Assembly: GCA_050291445.1 (NCBI GenBank)
Contig: JBNKJW010000181.1
Location: 2,739-66,738, forward strand
Source of the DNA: Bacteroidales bacterium
GTDB lineage: Bacteria > Bacteroidota > Bacteroidia > Bacteroidales > NBLH01
Direction of reading: 5' to 3'
DNA length: 64,000 nt
The first letter of the stretch is position 1; each line of letters begins with the position of its first letter. Position numbers and translations under genes: made by a program. Below, one piece after another: positions 48,506-58,858 of the stretch. Below the pieces are notes generated by a model. That model did no database searches. It saw nothing but the letters and a program-made list of their open reading frames with translations, and had not been told where the DNA came from.

Positions 48506-50977
48506 GTGCCAATAATGGATGCATCCAAAGATAATATGGATTTACTTGAACAACTGGAGCATTATAAAAAGCGTAATCAAAAAATAAAAAAGAAGCTAAA
48601 GTCGCTTGAAAGTATCCTTAAAGAATCGGCTATAGCCATAATTATTGGAAATAAAAAAGGCGAAATAATTGAAGCCAATAAAAAGGCACTAAAACTTTCC
48701 AAATATACACATAAAGAAATCAGAAAATTAGAAGTTTCGAAGCTGCTTTACAGGAATAACATTCCTGAAAGTTTTTCGAGGAAAGAGCTGAATGAACCAT
48801 CTGATGAATTCGCAAGCGAACAAATATTATTGAGGAAGGACGGTAAAAAACTGTTTGTTTCTGTAAAAACCAAACTCTTACCGGATAATAATTACCAACT
48901 AGTAATTAACGATATTAATAAAAGAAAAAAAGCCGAACTACGACTTATTGAAAGTGAACAAAGATACCGCTTGCTTGCAGAAAACATTCATGATGTGGTC
49001 TGGACTGCCACAAAATGGCTGAAAATTAAATATATCAGTTCGTCCATTACAAAAATAACTGGCTACAGTCCTGATGCATATAGTGTAAAACCCTTGCATG
49101 AATTGGTGACACCAATATCCTACCAGCTAATTAGAGAAACATTTCGACAAGAAACGGAAATGCTAAAAACAGGAACAATAGCCTCATCAAAACATAGCAC
49201 GACACTGGAAATAAAGCTTGTAAGCAAAAATTTAAATAACCTTTGGGTTGAACTAACTGCTACGATAGTTCATAATCAGTTTAACGAGGTTATTGGCTTT
49301 CAAGGAGTTTTAAGAAACATTGATAAAGAAAAGAAGGCCCGCGAAATTTTAGCAAAAAGGGAACAGCGTTATGATTTTGCCATAAAAAACACAGAATCAG
49401 GAGTATGGGAGCTAGATGCAGATTTAACAGGTATCAAAATTGATGACAACCTACTGCATCTACTTGGTTACGATAGCAATGAAATTAAACCCCAGCTAAA
49501 TGAATGGATTAACCTAACGGAAAAAAAAGACAGAATTACTGCAATTGATGTATTGCAAGACTTGCTTGATGGCAAAAAAGTAACCATGAGTTATGAGTGC
49601 AGAAGGATTCATAAATCAGGAAAAACATTATGGTTCAGTGATTACGTAGAAGCCATTCCAGACAAAGAGGGCGATATAATTGGATTGATTGGAACCTCGA
49701 AAAACATTACCAGAGAAAAAATAAATGAAGAAAAAAAGTACCGCTATTACGCTGGACTTCAAATACTTACAGACTCGGCATTTCATTTATTAAAACTCCC
49801 CAACCTGGAAGGTATTTGTGATTATGCAGGGAAAATTCTGCTGCAAAATATTCCAAACAGTATTCTTATCTTCACGAATATTGATTCAAAATCAAAGCAC
49901 ACAAAGCCTAATAGATTTTATGGTATTAATGAACCCAAATTACACCAACTATTTGAAAATATAGATTTCACACCGTACGAAAGCTCAGTTCTATTGCCGC
50001 AAAAAGAATATAGTTTACTGGATAAAAAAACCTTAATAGAATATAATGGAGGTTTTCCCGCCTTTGTCAACAATATCTTCCCTAAAGAAGAAGCAGATAA
50101 AATAGTCAAAAACTTTGCTTTTGAGAAATTACATATAATTGGTTTTGCACCTCAAGGAGATTTAACAGGCAGTCTTTTAATTATATCCAGGGAAGATACA
50201 GAAATTAAAAACAAAGAATTTATTGAAGCCTTCATCAACCTTGTGTCTATTATAATTAACCGAAAAAATATTGAAGACGAACTGAAAAACATAAACAAAA
50301 CCAAAGACAAATTCTTTTCAATAATTTCGCATGATTTAAAAAACCCGTTTAGTACATTCATAGGTTTTTCGGGGTTAATAATGCAAAACATTGATACCAT
50401 TTCCAAAGAAAAAATCCTGGACTTCACAAAACTAATACATGATGGCGCAGTGCATAGTTATGATATGATGCAAAATTTATTTGATTGGGTAACTGCGCAA
50501 AAAGGGGCTATTGTACCCAAGAAAAACGAAATTGATCTGCCTGGACTAATCAACTCAATTATAAAACTATTTTCGAGCGAAGCCAGCAAGAAAAACATCG
50601 ATTTGAAGCTTAAAAAGAGTACTGAGCTTAAATTTTTATCCGACATAGATGTGTTGAATACCATTCTACGTAATCTTGTCTCTAATGCGCTAAAATTTAC
50701 AGAAAAAAACGGCAGAATTGAAATCCATTATTTTAAAACCGAAGACTTACTGCAATTTAATGTTGAAGATAATGGTATTGGAATTCCGGAAGAAAAGCAG
50801 GCAATAATTTTTGATGCCAATAGATATGAGTCAACACGAGGAACTAGTGATGAGAAAGGTACAGGCCTTGGGCTTTCACTTTGTAAAGAGTTTATTCATA
50901 TACTTGGTGGAAAAATATGGGTAACCAGCAAAGAAGGAAAAGGCTCCTGTTTTTCCTTTAGCATACCATTGCAATAA
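48506..50977 (+). CDS. Cytoplasmic multi-PAS sensor histidine kinase
   Basis: Three PAS-like segments, FSIISHDLKNP H-box, NLVSNALKF, DNGIG, GTGLGL; no TM helix, no adjacent response regulator. Confidence 0.9.
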   Translation: MPIMDASKDNMDLLEQLEHYKKRNQKIKKKLKSLESILKESAIAIIIGNKKGEIIEANKKALKLSKYTHKEIRKLEVSKLLYRNNIPESFSRKELNEPSDEFASEQILLRKDGKKLFVSVKTKLLPDNNYQLVINDINKRKKAELRLIESEQRYRLLAENIHDVVWTATKWLKIKYISSSITKITGYSPDAYSVKPLHELVTPISYQLIRETFRQETEMLKTGTIASSKHSTTLEIKLVSKNLNNLWVELTATIVHNQFNEVIGFQGVLRNIDKEKKAREILAKREQRYDFAIKNTESGVWELDADLTGIKIDDNLLHLLGYDSNEIKPQLNEWINLTEKKDRITAIDVLQDLLDGKKVTMSYECRRIHKSGKTLWFSDYVEAIPDKEGDIIGLIGTSKNITREKINEEKKYRYYAGLQILTDSAFHLLKLPNLEGICDYAGKILLQNIPNSILIFTNIDSKSKHTKPNRFYGINEPKLHQLFENIDFTPYESSVLLPQKEYSLLDKKTLIEYNGGFPAFVNNIFPKEEADKIVKNFAFEKLHIIGFAPQGDLTGSLLIISREDTEIKNKEFIEAFINLVSIIINRKNIEDELKNINKTKDKFFSIISHDLKNPFSTFIGFSGLIMQNIDTISKEKILDFTKLIHDGAVHSYDMMQNLFDWVTAQKGAIVPKKNEIDLPGLINSIIKLFSSEASKKNIDLKLKKSTELKFLSDIDVLNTILRNLVSNALKFTEKNGRIEIHYFKTEDLLQFNVEDNGIGIPEEKQAIIFDANRYESTRGTSDEKGTGLGLSLCKEFIHILGGKIWVTSKEGKGSCFSFSIPLQ

Positions 50978-50996
50978 TACCTTTTCCGCGAAAAAT

Positions 50997-51623
50997 TTAC
51001 TCTAAACGGTAAATCTCCATAATATTCTTTAATATTTTCTGGAAATCTATTTTCAAATCGACCAGCTCACCTGTATTGATATCAAACACCCATCCATGCA
51101 CACGCAAAACATTCTTTTTTATTGCCTTTTGTACGCTCGCAGTTTTAATAATATTGACGCACTGTTCCTGCACATTTAACTCAACCAGCCTATCGTAGCG
51201 ATGATTAGTATCTTTAATTTCATTCAGCTCTTTTCTGTGTAACCGATAAACATCACGTATATTCCTTAACCAAGGATTTAAGACCCCTAAATCGGAATGC
51301 TCCATAGCAGCTTTTACTCCACCACATTGGTAATGCCCACAAACAATGATGTGTTTTACTTTAAGGATCCTAACAGCATAGGTGAGCACTGATTTTACAT
51401 TAAAGTCGATATTGGGTACCATGTTGGCAATATTTCTGTGAACAAACACTTCGCCTGGTTTCACCCCCATCATTGCTTCTGCTGTCACCCGGCTATCAGA
51501 GCATCCAATATAAAGATAATCAGGATCTTGACCCAATGAAAGCTTTTTAAAATAATCTTTATCCTGCTTCAATTGTTCCTGACTCCAGTCTTTGTTGTTT
51601 TTAAATATTTGTTTTATTTCCAT
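50997..51623 (-). CDS. can: Beta-class carbonic anhydrase
   Basis: IGCSDSRV, FVHRNIAN, CGHYQCGG. Confidence 0.93.
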   Translation of the reverse strand: MEIKQIFKNNKDWSQEQLKQDKDYFKKLSLGQDPDYLYIGCSDSRVTAEAMMGVKPGEVFVHRNIANMVPNIDFNVKSVLTYAVRILKVKHIIVCGHYQCGGVKAAMEHSDLGVLNPWLRNIRDVYRLHRKELNEIKDTNHRYDRLVELNVQEQCVNIIKTASVQKAIKKNVLRVHGWVFDINTGELVDLKIDFQKILKNIMEIYRLE

Positions 51624-51825
51624 ATTTGTAGGAGATTAAGGTTGAGACTAAGGTTTAGGTTGTCCACCCTAGATTTACTTCCTCAAAATCAAGCCATTAA
51701 AGACCGACAACTAACATAAAACCGAAACCAAGATCAAATTTCTTTGATAAAGTTTAAAAAAGACACTTTGAGATCTCACATTTGTCAGATGCTCAAAGGT
51801 CTTCTCAATCTTCTTTTGCTCTATT

Positions 51826-53475
51826 CTACAAACCAAGTACTTCTACTCCTTGTTCAAAAACAATATCACGTGGAATACCCGCATCAGAAATTTTATCTAA
51901 ATCAGCCTGCAAAACATTATCAATAACAGCTTTTTCTTTAACAAGATTAACTACTCCTTCATAATCACCATCTCCCTGCAATTTAAGAATAAGCTCAGAC
52001 ATTGCATTCATGGCCTCCTGCATTTTTTCAAAATTAACCGTGTAGGTTCCATCTTCGTTTTGAACAAAGGCCTCTTTTTCTTTAAAATAGTTGTAACGAA
52101 TAAGGTTTGCTTTACCATGTGCACTTGCCCCACCAAACCTTACAGAGCGAAAAATACCAGCCATAAAAGTTACGTAGTTATCCATTAAATCAACATCCAG
52201 TTCGCCCATTTCCTTTAGTTTTGTAACCATATACAGGCCCAAAATATCCGCTTTGCCCTCTTCAAGTGCCGAATAAGTCTCTTTTAAAGCCTCTCTTACG
52301 GTTCCTTTCCCATCCAGTGTGTTTTTGATACCTAAACCATGTGCAACTTCATGAAACATGGTGTTTTCAAAGAACGAATTGAATTTAACATGTTTCCTCT
52401 GCTCTTTGGTAATAACAACTTCAGAAATTGGCACCAAAATTTTATCAAATTTGGCCTGCATCGCATTTTTTAGCTGCAAACGGCGGCTTCCTTTCTGTGC
52501 TTGTACCTTTTCATCATTTGGCAGGTTAATGGCAATGGTTTTACTCCCCGAATTACAATCGCCTGCGTAAAATATTACATCATACGCATTCAAATCAGAG
52601 TTTGAGCCTGGTTTTTCTGCTTTGTATTTGTCCTCAACAGGTAAACCTTCCTGTAAAGCAGGCAAAAGTGCAGCATATTTGGCTAACTTTTCGCTCCATT
52701 CTTTGTCTTTGACCAAAATATAGGCCTCGTGGGCAGCTTTGTAACCATAAAGAGCATCTTCGTAATTTTCTATGGGCCCAATTACAATGTCCAAACCATT
52801 GTTTTTCATATCCATCCAGGCCATGTCACTTTCAAAGTATTCGTTAGTTAATAGTGCATCTGCTCTAAGTTCAAGATATTTTTTTAGGCCCTCATCTTCT
52901 GCAAATTCAGCCGCTTTTTTTAATAATCCTGCCACTTTTGTGTATTGTTCTTTGAAAAATTCAGAATAAGGGATGCTTTTTAATTTTCCCTCATCATCCC
53001 TTCTAATCATTGTATAAAGGCTTGCTTTATCCTCCGCTTCAAAGGCCTTAAATTCCTCTTCTGTCATATCAACCGGATAAAAATTAGCCCCTTTGGGTTT
53101 TTCACCAAACGATTTTATAAAAGGCTCGTTGTTTTTTAATCTTTCCCAGGGACCGTAATTTATCTCAACAAACTGTTTTGTTGCCTCATCTTTTGCACTA
53201 TCTAAAACAATTTGCTTATCACCAAAAGCCTGTATCCAAAATAATTCATTCATTATTTCAGCAGCTTCAAACAAAATTGGCAACATCTGTTTTTCTTTTT
53301 CAGTTAACTTTGATAAATCAGTCGTAAGTTTAAATTTTGCAAATTCGTTCACTTTTTTTTCCATTTCCGTCATTTCAGGTTCATCGGTTTGCTTCTTTTC
53401 TTCAGTTTGGTTACAGCTATATGCACTTAGTGTAACAATTACTCCAATAAAAAGTAAAAAACGTGTCATTTTCAT
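51826..53475 (-). CDS. Lipoprotein Zn-dependent peptidase, M49/DPP III-like (HEXXH)
   Basis: AYSC lipobox, INYGPWERL, IGPIENYED, AINLPND, FHEVAHGLG, LEEGKAD; likely start at 53475. Confidence 0.85.
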   Translation of the reverse strand: MKMTRFLLFIGVIVTLSAYSCNQTEEKKQTDEPEMTEMEKKVNEFAKFKLTTDLSKLTEKEKQMLPILFEAAEIMNELFWIQAFGDKQIVLDSAKDEATKQFVEINYGPWERLKNNEPFIKSFGEKPKGANFYPVDMTEEEFKAFEAEDKASLYTMIRRDDEGKLKSIPYSEFFKEQYTKVAGLLKKAAEFAEDEGLKKYLELRADALLTNEYFESDMAWMDMKNNGLDIVIGPIENYEDALYGYKAAHEAYILVKDKEWSEKLAKYAALLPALQEGLPVEDKYKAEKPGSNSDLNAYDVIFYAGDCNSGSKTIAINLPNDEKVQAQKGSRRLQLKNAMQAKFDKILVPISEVVITKEQRKHVKFNSFFENTMFHEVAHGLGIKNTLDGKGTVREALKETYSALEEGKADILGLYMVTKLKEMGELDVDLMDNYVTFMAGIFRSVRFGGASAHGKANLIRYNYFKEKEAFVQNEDGTYTVNFEKMQEAMNAMSELILKLQGDGDYEGVVNLVKEKAVIDNVLQADLDKISDAGIPRDIVFEQGVEVLGL

Positions 53476-53709
53476 AATATTTGTTTTTAAGTATGTAGTT
53501 ATTTGTTTAAGTCGGAAGCCCAAAACTGAAGGACAGAAGCAAGAAATAAGTATTTGTCTTTGCAGTTTGTAAAACTTTCCACTTTACAAATTTATTTTTT
53601 TCTGACTAAAAAAGGAATTTTTATACTTTTGATACCAGAAATTAGAACTTAGAAATTTGAAATTAATATATACAAAGTTCTAAGTTCTAATCGACTAATT
53701 TCTAGAATA

Positions 53710-54993
53710 ATGAAATCAAATATCCCTCTGGCAGAGCGCCTTCGCCCCCAAAAATTGGAAGATTATATTGGTCAGGAACATTTAGTTGGAGAAAAGGGCA
53801 TCCTCTCAACTATCTTAGAATCAGGCAATTTGCCCTCGATTGTATTTTGGGGCCCACCCGGTGTTGGCAAAACCACACTTGCCAAACTGATTGCTATTGA
53901 ATTAAACCGTCCAATCTACACCCTGAGTGCCGTACATTCTGGCGTAAAAGATGTGCGCGAAGCCATTGAAAAAGCTAAAAAGCAACAATTTTTCAACACT
54001 CCAAACCCCATTTTATTTATAGATGAAATCCACCGCTTTAGTAAATCGCAACAAGATTCGCTTTTAGCAGCTGTAGAGCAAGGAATTATCACCCTGATAG
54101 GTGCTACTACCGAAAACCCGTCTTTTGAGGTTATATCGCCTCTTTTGTCGCGCTGCCAGGTGTATATTTTAAATTCCATGGATGAAAAAAACATGGAGAA
54201 ACTGGTAAAACAAGCTTTAGAAAAAGATATTGAACTTAAAGAAAAAAATGTAAAAATTGAGGAAACTGATGCCCTTTTCCGCTTTGCTGGTGGCGATGCC
54301 AGGAAGTTGCTCAACATTGTTGAACTATTGGCAAATACCAACACGGGCAAAGAAGAAATAACAATCAACAACAAACTGGTAACTGAAAGGTTACAGGAAA
54401 ACATGGCTTTTTATGACAAAGGCGGCGAAATGCACTATGATGTGATTTCGGCATTTATCAAATCAGTAAGGGGAAGCGATCCGAATGCAGCTGTTTATTA
54501 CTTGGCAAGGATGCTGGATGCCGGCGAAGATATCAAATTTATTGCCCGTAGGTTGATAATTTTGGCATCAGAAGATATTGGGCTGGCAAACCCAAACGCC
54601 TTACTTCTTGCCAACAACTGTTTTCAGGCCATCAATGTAATTGGCATGCCCGAGGCTCGTATAATCCTCTCACAAGCAACTATTTACCTGGCCAATTCAC
54701 CTAAAAGCAATTCGGCCTACATGGCCATTAATGAGGCCTTGTCGTTTGTTAAAGAAACTGGTAATTTACCTGTTCCACTCCATCTAAGAAATGCGCCAAC
54801 TAAACTGATGAAAAAAATGGGCTACGGGGCTGATTATCAATATTCGCACAATGGTGCAGGTAATTTTGTGAAACAGGAGTTTTTACCAGAAAAAATTTCA
54901 GGCAGGTTGTTTTATGAGCCGGGAAAAAATGGGGCGGAAGAAAAATCGAGGGAGTTCCTAAAGAAGAGATGGCAAGATAAATATGGGTACTAG
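53710..54993 (+). CDS. rarA: Replication-associated recombination protein A
   Basis: PLAERLRP, GPPGVGKTT, FIDEIHRF, GATTENP, SAFIKS.RGSD, VPLHLRNAPT. Confidence 0.96.
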   Translation: MKSNIPLAERLRPQKLEDYIGQEHLVGEKGILSTILESGNLPSIVFWGPPGVGKTTLAKLIAIELNRPIYTLSAVHSGVKDVREAIEKAKKQQFFNTPNPILFIDEIHRFSKSQQDSLLAAVEQGIITLIGATTENPSFEVISPLLSRCQVYILNSMDEKNMEKLVKQALEKDIELKEKNVKIEETDALFRFAGGDARKLLNIVELLANTNTGKEEITINNKLVTERLQENMAFYDKGGEMHYDVISAFIKSVRGSDPNAAVYYLARMLDAGEDIKFIARRLIILASEDIGLANPNALLLANNCFQAINVIGMPEARIILSQATIYLANSPKSNSAYMAINEALSFVKETGNLPVPLHLRNAPTKLMKKMGYGADYQYSHNGAGNFVKQEFLPEKISGRLFYEPGKNGAEEKSREFLKKRWQDKYGY

Positions 54994-55063
54994 AAATTGG
55001 AAATTGGAAATTAGAAATTAGAACCTGGAAAATAACTAAGTCCTAATTTCTAATAACCTGAGT
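54991..55063. repeat. Heptamer inverted array between convergent genes
   Basis: tagaaattggaaattggaaattagaaattagaac...ctaagtcctaatttctaa. Confidence 0.75.
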
Positions 55064-55064
55064 T

Positions 55065-57881
55065 CTATTTTTCTTCAGGTTTCAAAACCACCTTCGCATA
55101 ATGCTTTGGGTTAAAATAGCTTTTAGCCGCTTTCTGCATATCTTTTTTAGTTATTGCCTTAATAATTGCTTTGTAGTCATCAAAAGACAATAATTCATCA
55201 CCATTAAAAGTACGACCTTTAATGTAGCCTAACCAGAAGTTATTTTCTTTTACCTGGGTTTCTCTTTCATTAATGAAAGTTTCTTTTGCTTTTTCAATAT
55301 CAGTATCAGTTGGGCCATTATCAACCATCTTCTTCATCTCTCCTAAAACAGTTTTTACCATTTTATCAATATTGGCAGGAGCACAACCCCATGTAATATT
55401 GATATCGTATTCTGCTTTTGGAAGTTTATCAACACTGATTGAAGATCTAACACCATATGTACCACCCTGCTCTTCACGAAGTGCTTCACGCAGTTTAATC
55501 GACAATGTTTTCATTAACAATTTAGCAGTCAAATAGTTTTTATCGTTCCATTTCATTGTTCCGTTAAAAACCATGGCAACGCTACTTTTGTCCTCTTTGC
55601 CCTTAAAAACAGTTTCTTCAGTAAGACCTTTGGGGAAATCAATTTTACGCTCTACCCAACTTCTTTTTGCTGTAGAAGCAGGAAGTCCACCAAGATAGGT
55701 TTCGAGCATTGGGGTGATTTTAGCAACATCAATGTTCCCTACAATCACAAAAGTGTAATTATTAGCCGTTTTAAAAGCTTTTTCGTACACTTTATAAACA
55801 TCATCAACAGTTAAGGCCTTTAACGCCTCTACCGGAGGAAAAATAAATGCCCGTGGGCTGTTTGAGGAGGTTACTTTTACCAGCTTGTCATAAAAAGCCA
55901 TCTCAGGGCTGGCACTCATAAATTTAATCTGGTTCTCCATGCCCGACACAAATGTTTGGAAGGCTTTTTCGTCTTTTCTTGCTTTGGTAAAGTATTGATA
56001 GTTCAGTTGTAAAAGCGTTTCAAAATCTTTTGGTGAAGAACTACCAGAAAGGCCCTGCTCTAAATCGCCCATCGTTAATCTTAATTTAGCAGTATTGCCA
56101 GCCAGTTTTTTAGTAAGGGCTGTATTGTCGAAATTACCAAACCCACTTTGATTAATTACCTGCCCCATGTAGCTTGCTGCAATAAGCTCATTATCAGAAT
56201 AAACCGAAGTACCTCCTGGAGCAAATGCAGTAAATAAAATTTCATCGTTTTTAAAATCAGTGGGTTTTAAAATTACTTTCACGTTATTAGCAAACGTCAA
56301 TTCAGTAATTCCAAATTTATCAACCGACTGTTTTGAAACTACTTTACCAGCTTTTGGTTTTTCTGCCATTAAAGGCTCATCAGTAGACTCATCAACATAG
56401 GCTTCGTATTTTTTAGTTTTTGAAGCTTTTACAATGTCTAATAGCTCTTTTTCAGTAGGTATTTTTATGCCATCAGCTTCTTTTACCAGCACTAAAAGTG
56501 CCATATTTTTATCAGTAATCCATTTTTTTGCAAGTGCATTTATTTCTTCCAAAGTAATTTCCGGAACAAACTCTTTCACATATGCATTTTCCTTTTTTAC
56601 GCCTGGAATAGGTTCCTTTTCAAGGAAATTACTCACATACTCTCTGGCAAGGTTTCGCGATTCAATTTTATCAGCTTCATTGGCCATTTTTTCGTAGCGG
56701 GCCAAAATACTTTTCCTCTCCCTTTCAAGTTCCGATTGTGTAAAACCGAAACGCTTAACCTTTTCGTTTTCAGCAAGTAAAATCTCCAACGACTCATTTA
56801 TTTTATTTTCTTTAGGTACCGCAAATGAAGTGTAAGAAGACTTGGAGCGCCCTAAAAAGCCGCCATAACTAGATGATGCAAACAAAAAAGGTGCATCAGG
56901 TTTTTGCGAAATCTCTCTAATCCTTGCGCCAAGCATACCACTATATAATTGAGCTTTAATGCTATTTTTATAAGACTCAACAGTAGTTGGATCTGAATTA
57001 GGGTGTTTAATGAACATCTGGATGACTGTATAGGTATTTTCTTTATCCGATGCAACGCATACAAGTGGCTCCTTGTTATCAGGTATATCATACTCTTTTT
57101 TCTCACGTGGTTTTTTAAGCCCGGAAATTTTATCAAAATGAGAAATAATTTTCTTCTCCACTTCAGCCACATCAACATCTCCAACTACTACAACCGCCAT
57201 TAAATCAGGTCGGTACCAGTCTTTGTAAAAATCACGAAGTAACTGTGGTTTACACTTTTCAACAATTTCTTTCTTTCCAATAGGAAGTCTTTCAGCATAT
57301 CTTGATCCCTTTAATAAAACAGGAAAATATTTCTGGCGCATTCTTTCATTTGCACCAAGACCTAACCTCCATTCTTCAATGATAACACCACGTTCTTTTT
57401 CAATTTCTTCATCTTCGAGTGTTACATTATGTGCCCAATCTTCAAGAACCAATAATCCTTTGTTAAATAACTCAGGTTTGTCTGTTGGTAACTGAAGCAT
57501 ATATACTGTTTCATCAAATGAAGTGTAGGCATTCAGGTGCTGACCAAATTTAACGCCTGACTTTTCCAGAAAATCAATTAATTCACTTTTTTTAAAGTGT
57601 TTGGTACCATTAAAACACATGTGCTCCATAAAGTGAGCAAGCCCAAGCTGATCATCATTTTCCTGCATCGACCCGGCATTAAGTACCAGTCGCAATTCAG
57701 CTCTGTTTTCAGGTTTTTGGTTCTTTTTGATGTAGTACGTCATCCCATTTTTTAGTTTACCGATTTTTAGATCAGGATCAACAGGGATTTTAGAGTTTGG
57801 TGCAGTTTTTTGGGCAGTTGCCAAAAAACCAGTCAATATCAACATAGATACTGTTGATAAAACAATGTTCTTAAAATTCAT
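55065..57881 (-). CDS. M16 family zinc protease (PqqL-like)
   Basis: GLAHFMEHMCFNGT (HXXEH), NAYTSFDETVY, ERGVIIEEWR, LREEQGGTY; start MNFKNIV at 57881. Confidence 0.93.
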   Translation of the reverse strand: MNFKNIVLSTVSMLILTGFLATAQKTAPNSKIPVDPDLKIGKLKNGMTYYIKKNQKPENRAELRLVLNAGSMQENDDQLGLAHFMEHMCFNGTKHFKKSELIDFLEKSGVKFGQHLNAYTSFDETVYMLQLPTDKPELFNKGLLVLEDWAHNVTLEDEEIEKERGVIIEEWRLGLGANERMRQKYFPVLLKGSRYAERLPIGKKEIVEKCKPQLLRDFYKDWYRPDLMAVVVVGDVDVAEVEKKIISHFDKISGLKKPREKKEYDIPDNKEPLVCVASDKENTYTVIQMFIKHPNSDPTTVESYKNSIKAQLYSGMLGARIREISQKPDAPFLFASSSYGGFLGRSKSSYTSFAVPKENKINESLEILLAENEKVKRFGFTQSELERERKSILARYEKMANEADKIESRNLAREYVSNFLEKEPIPGVKKENAYVKEFVPEITLEEINALAKKWITDKNMALLVLVKEADGIKIPTEKELLDIVKASKTKKYEAYVDESTDEPLMAEKPKAGKVVSKQSVDKFGITELTFANNVKVILKPTDFKNDEILFTAFAPGGTSVYSDNELIAASYMGQVINQSGFGNFDNTALTKKLAGNTAKLRLTMGDLEQGLSGSSSPKDFETLLQLNYQYFTKARKDEKAFQTFVSGMENQIKFMSASPEMAFYDKLVKVTSSNSPRAFIFPPVEALKALTVDDVYKVYEKAFKTANNYTFVIVGNIDVAKITPMLETYLGGLPASTAKRSWVERKIDFPKGLTEETVFKGKEDKSSVAMVFNGTMKWNDKNYLTAKLLMKTLSIKLREALREEQGGTYGVRSSISVDKLPKAEYDINITWGCAPANIDKMVKTVLGEMKKMVDNGPTDTDIEKAKETFINERETQVKENNFWLGYIKGRTFNGDELLSFDDYKAIIKAITKKDMQKAAKSYFNPKHYAKVVLKPEEK

Positions 57882-58077
57882 AAAAATTAAATTTAGTTTA
57901 GTTTGCTCAAAAATAGTTGTATAAAATTTAGTAAACAAGGAAATTCGTCATAGTTTTTACACTGAAAACGTATAGACTTGTAAATCAACAATAAAATACA
58001 AAATGATGCATATGAAACACTAACAACGGAGGGATGCGAATGTAGATTGAAAATTAAAGATACAGGTAATAAAAAGC

Positions 58078-58104
58078 AAAAGGCAGGTAAAAAAACCTGC
58101 CTTT
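58078..58104 (-). terminator. Rho-independent terminator
   Basis: aaaggcaggt-aaaaaa-acctgccttt hairpin with T-rich tail on the - strand. Confidence 0.7.
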
Positions 58105-58132
58105 GTATTCGTTAAACTAAATTAATTACCGT

Positions 58133-58456
58133 TTACTTCTCCTCAAAATTCGGATTTTCCATCAGTTCCATTCCACAATCAGGGTTCTTGCATTCACCTG
58201 GTTTGTCAGAACCACTTCCTTTACACCTATTAGGACAGGTATATTTATCAGTAGTATTGACAGCAAGTTCATTGCTTTCCGATTCAGTGGAAGCTAAACT
58301 ATCTGGTTGTTCCAATTCAATTTTATCCATTTTTTCTTCCAGTTCGGTAATGGTCGAATCAGTTTCAGATGATTCTGATTCATCATTACTACAAGATGAA
58401 AATGACAAAAAAGCAAGAAAAGCCAATCCGGCAAAAATGTAATTTAATTTTTTCAT
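58133..58456 (-). CDS. Lipoprotein with C-terminal heavy-metal-binding-like domain
   Basis: FSSC lipobox; YTCPNRC...PGEC...CGMEL. Confidence 0.75.
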   Translation of the reverse strand: MKKLNYIFAGLAFLAFLSFSSCSNDESESSETDSTITELEEKMDKIELEQPDSLASTESESNELAVNTTDKYTCPNRCKGSGSDKPGECKNPDCGMELMENPNFEEK

Positions 58457-58468
58457 TTTCTACTTAAT

Positions 58469-58699
58469 TTATTCTCCTTCTGTTTCAGTTTCTGCTTCAA
58501 CCTCAGTAGAATCTGGAGTTTCAGACATTGTTGAGTCTGGCATTTCCTCTTCTTCAGGAGTTACTTCTGGTTCTGTAACTACTTCTTCAGTTACAACTGA
58601 ATCCTCAGTAGTTTCTTCATCATTTGCTCCGCCACAGGCATAAAAAGCTGTAAAACTAACTGTTGCTAATGCTACTAATAATAATTTAAATCTTTTCAT
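58469..58699 (-). CDS. Small acidic lipoprotein
   Basis: FYAC lipobox followed by a Glu/Thr/Pro-rich low-complexity tail. Confidence 0.7.
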   Translation of the reverse strand: MKRFKLLLVALATVSFTAFYACGGANDEETTEDSVVTEEVVTEPEVTPEEEEMPDSTMSETPDSTEVEAETETEGE

Positions 58700-58858
58700 T
58701 TGAAATATTATTTAAGGTTAATAAGTGATGGCAAATTTAATACTTTTTAGAAAAAACAAGCTTTTTTTAACAAAAATCATCAAAAAAAATTAAAAAAAAG
58801 CCATTTTTTGTCATTATTGAACAGTTTTGTTAACACAAAATCAAGGACAAAACGCTCA

